This document shows positions 23,400 through 45,707 of a DNA stretch of 64,000 bases, piece after piece. The notes under the pieces were generated by a model. The model ran no database searches. It had not been told where the DNA came from and saw nothing but the letters and a program-made list of their open reading frames with translations. The stretch's first letter is position 1, and every line of letters begins with the position of its first letter. A program made the translations under genes and the position numbers. The stretch comes from Chrysomallon squamiferum (Eukaryota > Animalia > Mollusca), in contig CM022670.1 of assembly GCA_012295275.1 (NCBI GenBank), forward strand, positions 41,292,001 to 41,356,000, given 5' to 3'.

Positions 23400-23755
23400 G
23401 ACGAATTTTTATTCGCATAATCGATCGCAATATAAATGCGCCATTGGAATCATAGTAGCCTATCTGCTTATCCTCGTAGGTGTTCGTGCGATTTTGGTTA
23501 TGATTTTCATTTAGTTGTTTAATGTTTTGTTAAAATTTTATTTTATTATTTACATCTACACCTAGTTCCAATTTTTTTTTTATCGTTCTCTTTACTTTAT
23601 TTTCGTCACAAATTTTTCAGTTAACTATTTTTTGGACGCACATGATATTTTTTCCTGCCGTATAGGAACGCACGACACTTCTGCGGAATACTAAAATTAC
23701 GGTTCAGGTTATCGTACAATAATTTCACCAGCAGCCGATCCACAATATATACAAG
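23400..23755 (+). other. elav: Candidate non-coding ELAV 5' UTR exon (start approximate)
   Basis: Consensus AAG|gtgagt donor at 23755/23756 in a CpG-enriched zone; in-frame TAA at 23720 makes it non-coding. Confidence 0.55.
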
Positions 23756-24287
23756 GTGAGTAAAAATTAATATATTCAATTGTATTTTCTTAAATTTAAT
23801 AAATATATTAGTGTGAAACTCATGATTTTTGAATATTCATTAACTAAATTTGAAAGCGTGCAGACGACGCAATTTATTGGTGGGAAATTGTGAATGAAAA
23901 CGCAGTAAATACATTATTTTATAATTGTTATTTTTTCTTTTTCTTCTTTTTAAATTTATATTTAAAAATTGAACTGGATTCAGTTTTGATATTGATTTTA
24001 ACAAAATCTGCGAGTTCAAGAGTTTTGGGTAGTATGTGGTTAGTCAACGGTAGATTGTCGCGTGCCACCTGTCAAATATAGTTGTGCGGCACGTGGACGC
24101 GTCCTACTTGGCACGAGCAAGACACAATAATGCTAGAAGCCACGCTGATTCTGGACAAAAAGACACATGCCCAGCCAATCACTCAGGCATAACGGGATTA
24201 TACCTATAGGTGATAGTAGTAATAATTATTTAAGACAGATAGGGGATTTTTAAATTATTATTATTGAATAAAATTAACTGTTGGGTT

Positions 24288-24322
<35 letters not shown>

Positions 24323-25363
24323 TTTCATTTATAACATCAGAATGTAACTACTAATGTCGCAAGAATTATTAAATTTTTTCTATTATTATTATTATAAAAA
24401 TTATACATATATGTATTTTTTTTTAAAATGTGAAACAGTAGATGCTTTGTTAATAAACCTGATTAATTATAGACCTAAAGGAATGACAGTTTTGGTCAAA
24501 ATCAGAAAATATCATTTGACTTAATTTCTGCCCGTTTATTAATGTACTTGAAAAAAAGAAAAGTGTATGTGTGTGGGGGTGTATATATATATATGTATTA
24601 AGAGAATAAGTTAGATAAATGGTATCTTTGTTAAACTACTGAATGTACTTGGATATTGTTGAGCAGTGTAAAGATTTTAATGCACTCAGAATTTTTATTT
24701 GTTAATGTTACACATTTTTTGGAACAGTGTCATAAAGTGGGAAATAATTTCAAAATATTTTAAATTTATTTTAAAATAGTTAACTGAAGCCATTTTATTA
24801 CTGCTACTAATTCAGACCACCACTACTATAATACTACTAATACTACCATCATTATTATCATTATTATTTTAGTACAGAAGAAAAACAAACCAGGAATATT
24901 CATATCATGTTTATACATTATTATGAATATAGTTATACAGGAATATTTTGCCAATTTAAGAATTATTTAGATTTAGTCTTTTTTAGTGAAATGGGGTGTA
25001 AATTCTTCACTTGTGTAATAAACCTTTATTCTATCACATTAATCATTGTTTTGTTGTAATCCCTCCAGTGCTTGTAAGTCAAGTACTGACAATATTGCCA
25101 CATGTGGTACATTTGTTTTTCAACAGAAGCCAACCATTATATCAGCATTCTTAATTCCAAGAGGCTTCTGATTGGCTGCCTCCACATCAGTATTAATTTT
25201 CTATACCTTCTCCTGATGCTATTTATGTTGAGGTCAGGCAGTGGGTTCTGTCATTCACACGCAGTCAGTTGCTACTGTTCACACTTTGGTAGCTTAGCCA
25301 GTTGCTGGATATCTTTTTTTTAGTTTTTTTTTTTTTACTTTTTGATTTGGATTATTATTCTCA

Positions 25364-25369
25364 ATGCAG
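25364..25369 (+). CDS. elav: Candidate alternative ELAV first-exon coding end (MQ)
   Basis: ATGCAG|gtatgt strong donor, phase 0 in frame with exon 2. Confidence 0.45.
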
Positions 25370-25495
25370 GTATGTAGCATATGTTGTAGCCTTCATCAGT
25401 GTTTTTATTGTCTGATTCAGTGGGACAATCCATAGCTTGCTACTGAATGTGAAACTGGCGAGAACAAAGGACTATTGGTTTACTGCATTATTATC

Positions 25496-25546
25496 ATGGC
25501 ACAAAGCTGCAGTCAGCCCAACTACCCTCTGTGTACACCATGTATG
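25496..25546 (+). CDS. elav: Candidate alternative ELAV first coding exon (MAQSCSQPNYPLCTPCM)
   Basis: atcATGG start, 17 open codons, strong ATG|gtgagt donor, phase 0 in frame with exon 2. Confidence 0.55.
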
Positions 25547-26829
25547 GTGAGTTAAAATGCTTGTCAAATTAATTTGCTCTCTTGCATTCACCAGTCAGGA
25601 AAAAAAAAAAAAACAAAATTATAATATTAAAACATGCTGAACATCTGCATGGATCATAATGTTGGGATTATGATAGGTAACAGAAAGCTGTTTTCTAACA
25701 AAGCTAAAGCATACTTCCCTAATTTGAATTGGTAGTTCTGTATCATTAAACAAAACTGATTAAAAAAATGAAAGTAAAATATTGATAATTGTTTTTGCAG
25801 TAATTTATTTAAACAAAGAGAACTTGTAAATGAAATGAAAAATGTGGGCCAGATTTCTTTCATGGATAACTGTTTCCATTTATGATAGATTTCATACAGC
25901 TATTTTATCAGTTATAAATTGTGGATTTACTTTCTTTATTTACTACTATTTATTTTTACCTCTTTTTATTTTTATCTTCTTTTTTTTTTTTTTTAACCTA
26001 ATGTCCTAGTTTTAATTCAAGTTAAATAAAATGCTTTATTAAGACTTAAAATGTTCATTTAAAGTTTGTCTAGAATAAATTTCATCCAACAAGTCTGCAC
26101 TGCATATAAAATTACATCATGGAGAAAAAAAATTATTTATGGTTTTTTTCAGTTATTATTATTATTATTTTATTTTTTATTTTTACAATAATACAAATAT
26201 TTCTTGAATAATATTTAGGGTTCTTTTCAAGCATGTTAACATTTTTCATTTTAAACTAAATTCTGATGCAAAATTTTCCATTTGTATTCTGTTCAGAGGA
26301 TATTTTATGAGGATTGCTTGGCTGATTTCTTTGCCTTTCAAAAATAATGATCTGTCAAAATTCATCAATAAACATTATGATCCATGTTAATTTTTTGGTT
26401 TACAACTACCACATATTTTTACCATATAACTGGATTTGTTCCACTGAATCTTAGTTTTGTATTCTGTTTTATTATCTGTTTGTATAATATTATTTGAAAA
26501 ATTAAATTATTTAAGTTTGATTTTAAAATAAAAAATTGATAGATATAAAAAGGTAATTAATTTGGTTTTCAGATAAATGATAATTATTATAGTTCATTTT
26601 TATTTTTATTTTTATTTTAAATTAAAGGTATAAAATAAAACTCGTACAACCAAAAATTTTAAATTTTGCAACCTGCTCTGTATTGATTGATCAATATATC
26701 ATTTGGAAATAAAAATTAATGTATATATTAAACATTATTTTATTTATATCTCCCATTTTAATTAAAGTGTATTCTTATTATTATTGTGTGTTTGTATACG
26801 TTAGTATTATCTGCATCTTTTTTAAATGA

Positions 26830-35434
<8,605 letters not shown>

Positions 35435-36116
35435 GATAAATTACCTTCTGTCATCTAGTCACCAGTTAATATACATTTCGGAACCAATATACATATTCAT
35501 TCTATTAAAAATATTTTAAAAAGAAGAAAAACCGAGCAAATTATGAACTAAGAAGTGTTCATTTTTATACTTTCTAAGTACTGTTAAGAAGTAAAACTGA
35601 AAATTTATGACATACAGTAACATTGCATTATAAATGGAAACCAATATACCATAATAGTTTTGAAAAGTGCATTGTGGGATAATCTACATTTCAGTTGAAA
35701 CAGTTTATTTGTTTTTTCTTTTTTGTGCATAATTTGTTCCGTTATTTTGTTCTGGTGTATACTGAGTTGTCTGTATTTAATATTTGTGTTTAAATTTTAA
35801 AAATAGCTTTTTGTGTCCTAGGAAGTGATGGATCTGTGAAAAATTGTCTTTGCATAATTTATTATTATTTTTCTTTTTTCTTTTTTCTTCTTTTGTGGAA
35901 ATGTGCTTTAAGTGCACGTAGCCAGCTCAAGGTTTAATTATTTCAGTATTGTTACATGTTCAATTTGAGTATGTTATTTATTTATTGCATTATTTATTGA
36001 GTCCATGGGTCTTTTATTTCTTTTTGTTGTGGTCATTTACATTAAATTTTGGTTTACTTTCATTTTCTTGTGTTTGTTTTGTTTTGCATGAGCCTTTCCT
36101 CAACAGGTTTGGCCAA

Positions 36117-36147
<31 letters not shown>

Positions 36148-36613
36148 CATTTTTATCAGTTATGAGGGAGTTAAATACTAATACAGTAGAAAACCATAGA
36201 GACTGATGACGCCATAAGAGAAATGATTTCATTGTTTGGAAGTACTCCACACTGTTTTATTTGATTTATTTTCATTTATTCTTTAAAGTTACTTTAATTT
36301 GTTACTTATTTTCTTCCTGTTCTACTTTCCGTTCAAGATCCTGCATGCATTTGGCTAATAAAACTAACAATGCATGTTTGACATGAATGAAATCTTGATG
36401 TTTGTGATATCACTCGCTCTCATTAATCATATGTAAAATATTGTATCTTAGCTTTTCTTGGATACATGCTGAAAAAAATCCACCATTTATATATACATGA
36501 ATCTTCCAGACATAAACTGTTGATGAATATTTAACGTTTTTAAGCAGGTTTCAACTGTTAGGTCACATAGTTTTATGCATATATATATATATATGTTGTT
36601 ATATGTGTGTATG

Positions 36614-36667
<54 letters not shown>

Positions 36668-38490
36668 CATCACATAAAAGACTTATTTTTTCTTTTTTTC
36701 TTTTTTTTTTTATCGGATACCTGGCTTGCTTGAAAAAAAAAATTATTAATATATGAAAGAATAATATATATATATATATGTATACACACAAACACACACA
36801 AAAAAGTTAACAAGCAGACATGGTATCTATCAAATCATTAGAAAACACTTTTAACCTCATTTTACCAATGACATCATTTTACATAACATGAAATCTTGAG
36901 ACATTCCTAAAGCATGTTCTCTTGATGTGCTCATGCAACAACCGATGATGACAAAGTGCACACTGATCAGCTGAGAAATGTTATGTACATATTGGACAGT
37001 TAAAATGTATAAATTTGCAATGTTGATTGAGAGCTGTGTACAATGTGATCACCCCAATTCCAACTTTATAAACATTTTTTTATACATTTCAGAGAAAATT
37101 TGATTATATGTTTAGAATCTTTACTGCTCTCTTTTGAAAGAGCAACACCTTGACAGTCTTGTTGGAAAATTGTTTTTGATGTACAATTGTTCTATTTTAT
37201 GGACAAACAGCAAATATTCTTTTACAATGACTTCCAGTGTCTCCATTTTTAGGCCCTGTGGCCAGAATATATATGCAATTCCCTTTTATCCTATTAGTCA
37301 AGGAACAAATTTATGAAACTGTGTGGTCAGTCAAGTTTGTTACATGTGTGTTTTTCAGTTTCGTGGCCAACTACTGAGGTGGCAAGTATTTTACAATCTG
37401 TGGCTATATAGACGTTATTTCCTGTTAAAAATAAAAATCATGTGCCAACGACCCAAGAGTGCTATATAGTACAATTTTGTTAAATTTCTGGTTTCACATT
37501 TTCTAAAAACACGTAAGCTTCATTTGTGACACAGCAGAGATAAACATTAAAGTTTTAAATAATTTACTGCATCATTATTTCACTAGAGAGAAAAACAAAA
37601 ACAAAAAAAAAACCCTCTTATTTCCAGTTTGACATTTTGTTTCAGTAAGTCGGAAACAAATCTTCAATTCAATTTTCCATCAGATTGTTTGATTCAGTTT
37701 TTGTTCTTTTATTCGTTCCTTCATTCTAGTTTTCATCTATTTAATTGTATTCAGAATGTTTTTAAATTTACAATTTTTCTTGTTCAGTGTTTTAATATCG
37801 TTTGAGACTTTTTTCTCTTTAATTCATTCCATTGTATTTTTTGATATTGGGTTTTTTGTTGTTTTGGTTTGGGCCTGTTTCAAAGTCATAGTACTGCACT
37901 ATTGAGAGAAATCAGACAAGTCAAGGTGCCTGTCCAACCAAAACAAACCCTTTATGTAAGTTTTCACTTTTAACTGTCTTTATATATGTGCTTTCTGCTT
38001 TTGCGTTACTATTACCCAGTATTAGGATGTCTTGTCCCAAATAGCTATGTTTTAGCAGTGCTCCAGATCTATTATTTCAAATTTTAAATTATAAACCTAT
38101 ACATTTTGATAATTGTGAACTTGCTTTTAATGTAACCTTTTCATCTTTGTTTATCTACTTTAATTAAATATTGAAGTAACAAATTGAATTTTTCATTTGA
38201 TGTTTTTTTTAAAACAATATTTTAAAAAGATGGTTTTAACTTGATTGTACTTACAGTTTTGAATTTCAAACCTATCTGGAGCGCTGTTTCAGTAATCTCA
38301 ATCAAAACCTTAATTATTTCTGCAGTTTTTATTGTTGTAATTTTAAAAAAAAAAAAAAAGAAAAAAAAAAAAAAGATTATATGAAGCTCTGAGCTGTTGT
38401 CAGTCATTATTTGTAGTTCAGTTGTATTGCAATATTTGTACTTTTACATGTGAACTATTTACACAAATAAAATCTTGCAAGAAACACCCT
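35435..38490 (+). other. elav: ELAV long U/AU-rich 3' UTR with tandem poly(A) signals (end inferred)
   Basis: U-rich sense strand; AATAAA at 36357, 37430 and 38466, the last preceded by several TGTA and followed by U-rich sequence. Confidence 0.55.
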
Positions 38491-40969
38491 TATGCATGGT
38501 TTTTCAATGACATTTTTTATATATCAGTTAATGTTTAATTTTTAGTTTTTAGTTGTTTTTTATTATTATTATTATGAATATTATTATTATTATTTTGAAA
38601 CTTGAAGTGTTTTGTGAGACTATATAAACAGAAACTATACTAATATCAGGCTGAAGTTATAAATTTTTGGCCATCACATATTTTTAAAATTCTAATTATA
38701 TAATATTTAAGACTTTACAACAACAGTCTTGATACTGTCACAGAATGACAATTATCAATAAAATGGCAGCCCTAAAGGGAAAACTGAAATCTAATAGCTA
38801 CTGATATATGCAATTCAAAAGAGAAAATGTACTGCACTGGTAATTACTTGTCTGAAATGAACCTACAGAACATCTCGCTCTTTACTGACAACTAGGTCAG
38901 TGGAATAAGCTGAACTAGATAATTTGAAGTATTCTGTCAGAAAGATAATTTTTTCATCTGTGAGATATATCTGAATTCATAAAGTAGATAATTTGAAGTA
39001 TTCTAAAAGATAATGTTTTCATCTGTGGAGATAAACCTCAGTATAAACATATTTGTTAGCTGCAATACCATATTGCAGACTGGCATTTATGGAGCAGCAA
39101 ATAACAATAAATTCTTGAAATTATTACACTGGCAAATTTGTCAGCCAGATTTTCAGTAAATATACTAAACTAGCAAATTCATCAAACTGAAATTATTATA
39201 TACTGTAAATTTATTCTTGTGTTAAAAATAGAATGAATTTATTATGTGTGTGTGTAAACTATTAATGTGAACACCCAGTCATTACTACCACAGAACTACA
39301 CAAGTAGGAATGACGGTCATTTTCGGCATGCTTCCATCAGATAACTTAAAGCATGTCTTTCCTGGACCTAACCTCTTGACTTTGTGATGGATAACTTATT
39401 GTGCAGTGGTCTTGGAACGAACACTTCCATAATTAATTACCTATTAACTTAAGTGCTTGTTGAGTTACTTTTAGCTGTTAGTGCCCGGCTGTGAACTCGT
39501 ACATTCCTGTTAATTTGTGTGGAGTCTCCAACTACGCATAACAGTAGAGAAAAATGTGGACATAGGTTTTGAAAAATACCTCAAATATTGGGCTTTAATT
39601 AACAGTTTCTTAAATTAAAATGTGTTATATGTATAATTATTGTACATGCATCTCGAAATAAATAAATAAATAAATAGCTAATAAAAAAAATACTACTTGG
39701 GTTCAACATAAAGATTCGTCTTGTTCATTTTTGCTCTGAAAGTTTAAATATTTTTCAAATGCAGATGAGTTTTGCATGCGTTAAATTATGCTTGTGTTAC
39801 TAATCTAAAATACTGCAAGTGTAAACTGGGTTATTGAAAATAATATATTTCAAACATTACCTTTTTTTAGTTATTTTTATTCATTCATTCATTCATTCAT
39901 TCTTTAATGTTACAGCTGAGTTGGTATGGAACTGCTCGAGTTATAACTAAATTAAACTACTTATTTCGCACAGTATTTTGAGAGGAAGTGGCAGAATTAC
40001 ATTGTATTAATTAATACATGAAACATCTGATTAGCGTGACAGATTCCAAAAGAAGCCGTTGACGTTTACCACTGTGAATTCGACGTAATATTTTAAAACA
40101 AAGTGGATTTGTGACATCTGTGTTACACGTAGGGTGAACGCGAAACAAAAGCCAGACCCCTGTGTTTTTGGAAGCATCTGTGCACGTTTTGAAAAGAGTG
40201 CGAGACAGCTGGCGTAAAACGTCACTGGATTTTTAAACTATCTACATTTTCTTTGTGTACGTCTTGCACACAAATATTCCAGACCTATTGATGGCGACAG
40301 ATGTTTTCTGCTAGGTCACGTGGTGTGGTGTCACCTTTTTCTCTTTGTCGACGACATAATTCAACAGCCAATGAAATTTAGTGTGAATACAGGTGCCAGA
40401 CATTCTACAGGGGCACTAAACTTTTGTTTGATGGTCGCGTGGGCAGATATTAAGTATACGTAGTCCACCGAATGCAGAAAAGGATGTAAACAAAGGAATT
40501 TCAAATTTTGTCCGCGTTGTTGAACGACAATGAAATTTGGAGGGAGTGTGACTGCGTGTGTCGGCTGTTTTGTTTCTGAACGAAAGGCTGTTGTTAGTCC
40601 ACATTATCAAGAATTTATGTGTCAGTGGTTTTATATTATTTATTTATTTATTAGTATTTCATTTTTAAATTATTTATTATTATCATTATATTTATTTATT
40701 TTAATGTTATTTTTAATAAAAATTGCATTCGCTCAAAACACTAAGATTAATACAATCTTCAAATAGTTCACCGTAATTTAGAGCAATGCAATAACAGTGT
40801 GTGTGTGTGTGTGTGTTGTTCACTGTTTAAATATATTGATAAATACGACTAACCCTTATGAAATAAGAATAGTGTATTTTTATTTAATAGTAAAAATTTG
40901 TAAATTAGTATAATGCTATTTCCACATAAGCTAACTAAATTTATTTATTTATTTATTTTATTTTATTTA

Positions 40970-41006
<37 letters not shown>

Positions 41007-41808
41007 TTTTTTTTTTTTTGGAATGACTGCTAGTTACTTACTATGGGTATTTGTTTCTTCCGATTTGAATAGGGCCGGTGGCCATTATTCCGCCCCCCAC
41101 CCTTAACAGAGAAGCCTCCAATAATATTTTTATTTAATATCTGTATATATATATATATATATATAATTATTAAATTAGTTTTATTTAAAAAAAAAATTAA
41201 TCGCATGTGTAGGGTGGCCTCGGAAAATAGAAACAGGAAACTTGCCCCTCCCTTTGAATAACTAGATAAACTGGTAACATACAGAGAAAGAATATTCTTT
41301 TGTACGGCTGTTGTTTAGAATTAATACAATTATTTATGTCAACAGAGCAATATAAAAAAAAAGAAGAAAAAAAAGTTAATAAGTTAAAGAAATAAAGGCT
41401 TATCTGATCACCTGTAATATACACTACTATGGCCTTTAACTAAAAATTCAAAATTGTTATTATTCTTACAGTCAATAAAACAGAAAAACATAAATCAGAT
41501 TTTTTTTTCAGAACCCAAAAGTATTATTTTCGTTTTTCTTTCGAAGAATCGCTGTATCACTTATTTAATTTTTTTTCTTTTCTTTTTTTCTTAATAAATG
41601 TTTTTTTTTTTTTTTTTTTTTTTTTTTGTATATTTTAATGTCTGTGTTGAGTGGCTCCCCGAATCTGAGGTGCCCAGTGCCTCCCAAGGTCTAAATTTGA
41701 AACAAAATTTATTGCATTTATAAAATTAAATGTCAGTAACGGATTTAGGATTTTATTAGGTGAATTTTAAAATGTGATAGAACATTGGTTTAAAAAGAAA
41801 GAAAATAG

Positions 41809-41849
<41 letters not shown>

Positions 41850-43896
41850 TGTAGAATGACTATAATTTAGGTTTTAATCTCGTCAAACATAGAAAATGCT
41901 TCCCACCCAGTTATATGCACAGCCTCTCTAAAATGCCAAGCATACGTTTGTTTCTTGTATCAAGTCAGACTCGTGTTTGTACAGTACTAAAGTTAATGCT
42001 GGTGTTCAGTGTACGATACACAAGGCGAAAAGAATAAAACCCTGTTGGCATTACTGACAATCCAAGATTAACGACTTCTGTTTCCCTTGGCGCGTGCCTT
42101 CCTTCTCCGCGAGCCAGATAACACCATGTTCACAGTGATCAAACGATTTGTAGCGTTCGAGCAGATGAGAAACACATGATTCCCGCCAAAACCATCTGTG
42201 GTCGTACACTGCAGGGATTTACCTTTATTTCCGTTCTTTGCCGCTCAGTGTTGAACGGGTAATTGTAACGGATGTTCGGCTGTTGCATAACACAGCCATT
42301 GTTGATACTCACATGTTACAGTATCCTATTTTACGACGGTTTCATTGGGTATGTTTAATGTATGCGACATCATGAAGGTGTTAAATATAGGGCATTCAAA
42401 AAGCATATCTTTGGTACAAAATAATAACCATTCGAAAGTAAAAAGTTTAGTAGTTATAAAAGTACAATAACGATAATAAACAAATAAAATGATAGAAAAG
42501 CTATTTTTCCTAATGTTCATTTTTAAATTCCTGTCTTTCTTTTTCTTTTATTAATTTCCTGTTTAATAACGTCAGCTGAGAACAATTTGTTTTTTGTAAT
42601 GATGTTCAACATTTCTTCAAAACCCGCCTCCGTAAAAACAAAGCACCACAGTTTCAAATATTGAATTATTAGATCGTGAAGTGATTTAAACGAATCGATG
42701 TTTAATCAAAAGAAACGTTTATTACCGTTTTATTATTCTATTCTAACATTAGATTCCAAATATTGCTTGAGTATGGTTTAACATAAGTTGTCTATTTTAT
42801 TTCACTCTTAATTAAATAAATAAATACGTAAATAAAAAATATAAAATTACACGATCTCAATTTGCATTCTGTGTTTTCTGTGTATTTGAATGGTGTGTAT
42901 GTTTGTAGAACGAGGCTGCACGTATTCAGATGCACCTTCCACAAAGTCACTATCTAATGAACTATAACAACAATTATATTCACCACTTCTGGCCGAAATG
43001 TAAAATGCAAGACTGAAAATTATATACATCCCACTAGAGCATAAGCGGCCGATTATTATTTATCAATTTACGGTCGAATGTGTGTACAGTTAGAGTGCAT
43101 TTAGAAACCTGTCTAGACGCGAATGGGTTTTGCTGAAATTGATTAGTTAACTTGATATTCATGTCAATTTTAACCATAGGACTTGGAGACTGCATTACAT
43201 AATAAAATTATGTAACATCACGTTATATTTAAAGACTAACAGAAAACAGAAAAAAATCTGTGTTCTAAATAACAACAACAACAAAAAGAATAATAAAATA
43301 AAATAATATTTTAAACATATATTAACCTGTTACCATATGTTCAGGAATTACTTTTTTTTTTTTTACAAATATCCAACCTCTCCGTCCTTTCTGAAAATTT
43401 CATAATATTTTCATCAAGTCTCTAATCCTGTGTGCATCTGTTCACAAATTAATAAAAGAAAGAAAACGAAAAAAAAAAAAAAAAAAGAAAAAAGAAACGC
43501 TCGCATGAGCAATGGGCAAAGAGGGGTTAGCAATAAAATATATTTTCTGCCTGTTACTGTAACTCTCTATTTGTGGTTATTAAACAGAATAGCAAGATTT
43601 CTACGCCACAAAACGTGCTCAGTAAGCGAAGACGCAGAGTAGAAATATTACCATGGCAATAAAGATAGTTAAAACCTAGCAAGGCGTGCCACATTTTTAC
43701 TGCTGTAGTTTGAAATGATTTAACGCGAAAAATCCTAATTTTTCTTAGATTATTAACTGGAGAGAATGAAATAATGAGAATAAAAAAGAAAAGAGAGAAT
43801 ATAGTATAAAAATACTCCGACAAAAGTTAAATTCGGGAAGATTAAAATATTAATGAGAAGCAAACATTAAAACATTTTAAAGCGAAACTAAAGTCA

Positions 43897-44012
43897 CTGA
43901 TCGTTCCTTCTACTATTGCTCCTTGCTGCTGCTTCTACTGTCCAAATTCCTTGTCTGATCGTTCCTTCTACTATTGCTCTTTGCTGCTGCTTCTACTGTC
44001 CAAATTCCTTGT
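43897..44012. repeat. 58-bp tandem duplication
   Basis: CTGATCGTTCCTTCTACTATTGCTC...CCAAATTCCTTGT twice. Confidence 0.9.
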
Positions 44013-44239
44013 CGTCTGCTGCAACTGTTACTACAGCTGCTCTTAGCACAACTATTACGATTATGTTACTTCTATTTTTACAGCCTTTATTATCATCATT
44101 ATCATCATGATGATTATTATTAATTTTATCATTATAATTAATTTTATCATTATAATTAATTTTATCATTTATCACTCCAGCGTATGCCGCATTTTTCGAA
44201 AAGGTATATCAAAAATATTTCAAATTGATAACTGAAAAA

Positions 44240-44270
<31 letters not shown>

Positions 44271-44378
44271 AAATTGATTAACGATAAAATGGAAATAACG
44301 ATTTACTCTCTTGATTGATTAACTGTATTGATTTACTGTATTGATTAACCATTTGAATAATACAGTGTAATCTCAGAT

Positions 44379-44426
<48 letters not shown>

Positions 44427-45671
44427 GAACCAGTAAATAAAAATGATAATGATAATAATAATTATTCTAAAAATTATTATTAGTACCGTATTAAATAAAT
44501 AATTTTCTTCCTTCCATTATCTTTGTGTACTGTATAAATAAAATATTTATTCTACTGAAAGTTCAGAATTAATACAAACGTTTTGCAGACTGAACGTGAT
44601 TAAGTTACTCGTAAGCTTGTTTATTTCTGTCGCGACGTCTAAAAATAACTAACACAGCTGTACAAGGGTAGGTTGAACCAGACAAACGAGGCTTGAAATA
44701 TACTTTAGAATTATTTAATTATATTTAAAACGTTTATATGTCTTATTCTATTCAGCGATCTAAAACTGGAGGGAATTAGAAATTTAATCCTCTAGTCACA
44801 GTAATATTAAATTTACTTCACTTACACAATACATAATATTTTATATTAAATGATTCTAGACAAATATACAAACACATACATATATGGCTAAATACTGACA
44901 CTATTATAATTATATTTTAAAAAAATGTTTAAGAAGTACACGTGTATTTCATTAATCATTTCTTCGTAACAGCTGGCATATTAATAAATCTTTTTTCGTA
45001 AAAACATTTTGTGTTTTAAATATACGTATGTATGAATGTGTATACGTACATTTATATATGTATGTGTGTGTGAATGTATTTATGTTTGTATGTTTGTATG
45101 TGTGCATCTTAATCCTCATCTCATAATCTGCTTAACTAACTTCTTATTTGAACTCTGTTTTACGTAAAATCAACATAATTAAAAAAACACTTTTACCTAA
45201 AACTGTGTTATCTTTAATTTATGAATAATCACAGAAAGTTAATTTCGGTTTCGGGAGGTCCTAAGTTGTACATATTTCGTAATGGGCTTTTAGCTTCCTA
45301 TTTATTTTCCAGCAGACAATGATAGGTTTAAAGTTTTCTAAGGTATTCCGTGCGTGTGCTGTTGGTGCACATTCCGACAGTACGCTCAGAAAAATGAAAC
45401 TTTAGATGATGATTTTTACAAACTTGTTAATACAACTTTTTTCTTTTTTTCTTATTTTTATTTTCTTTCGTTTCGTTTTCTTTTTTTCCTTTCGTTTCTT
45501 TTGCTTTATATTTTTTTTTTCTTCTTTTTTTTTGGGGGATGGGGAACCTGGTTTCACTATGAGACTGATGTGCACAGGTTCAAATGCAACACCCATGGCA
45601 TCAGCAGTTAATACCATGTTTCCATAGCAACCAATTATTTGACCTATATGAATGATTTCTGAAATTCTTCA

Positions 45672-45707
<36 letters not shown>

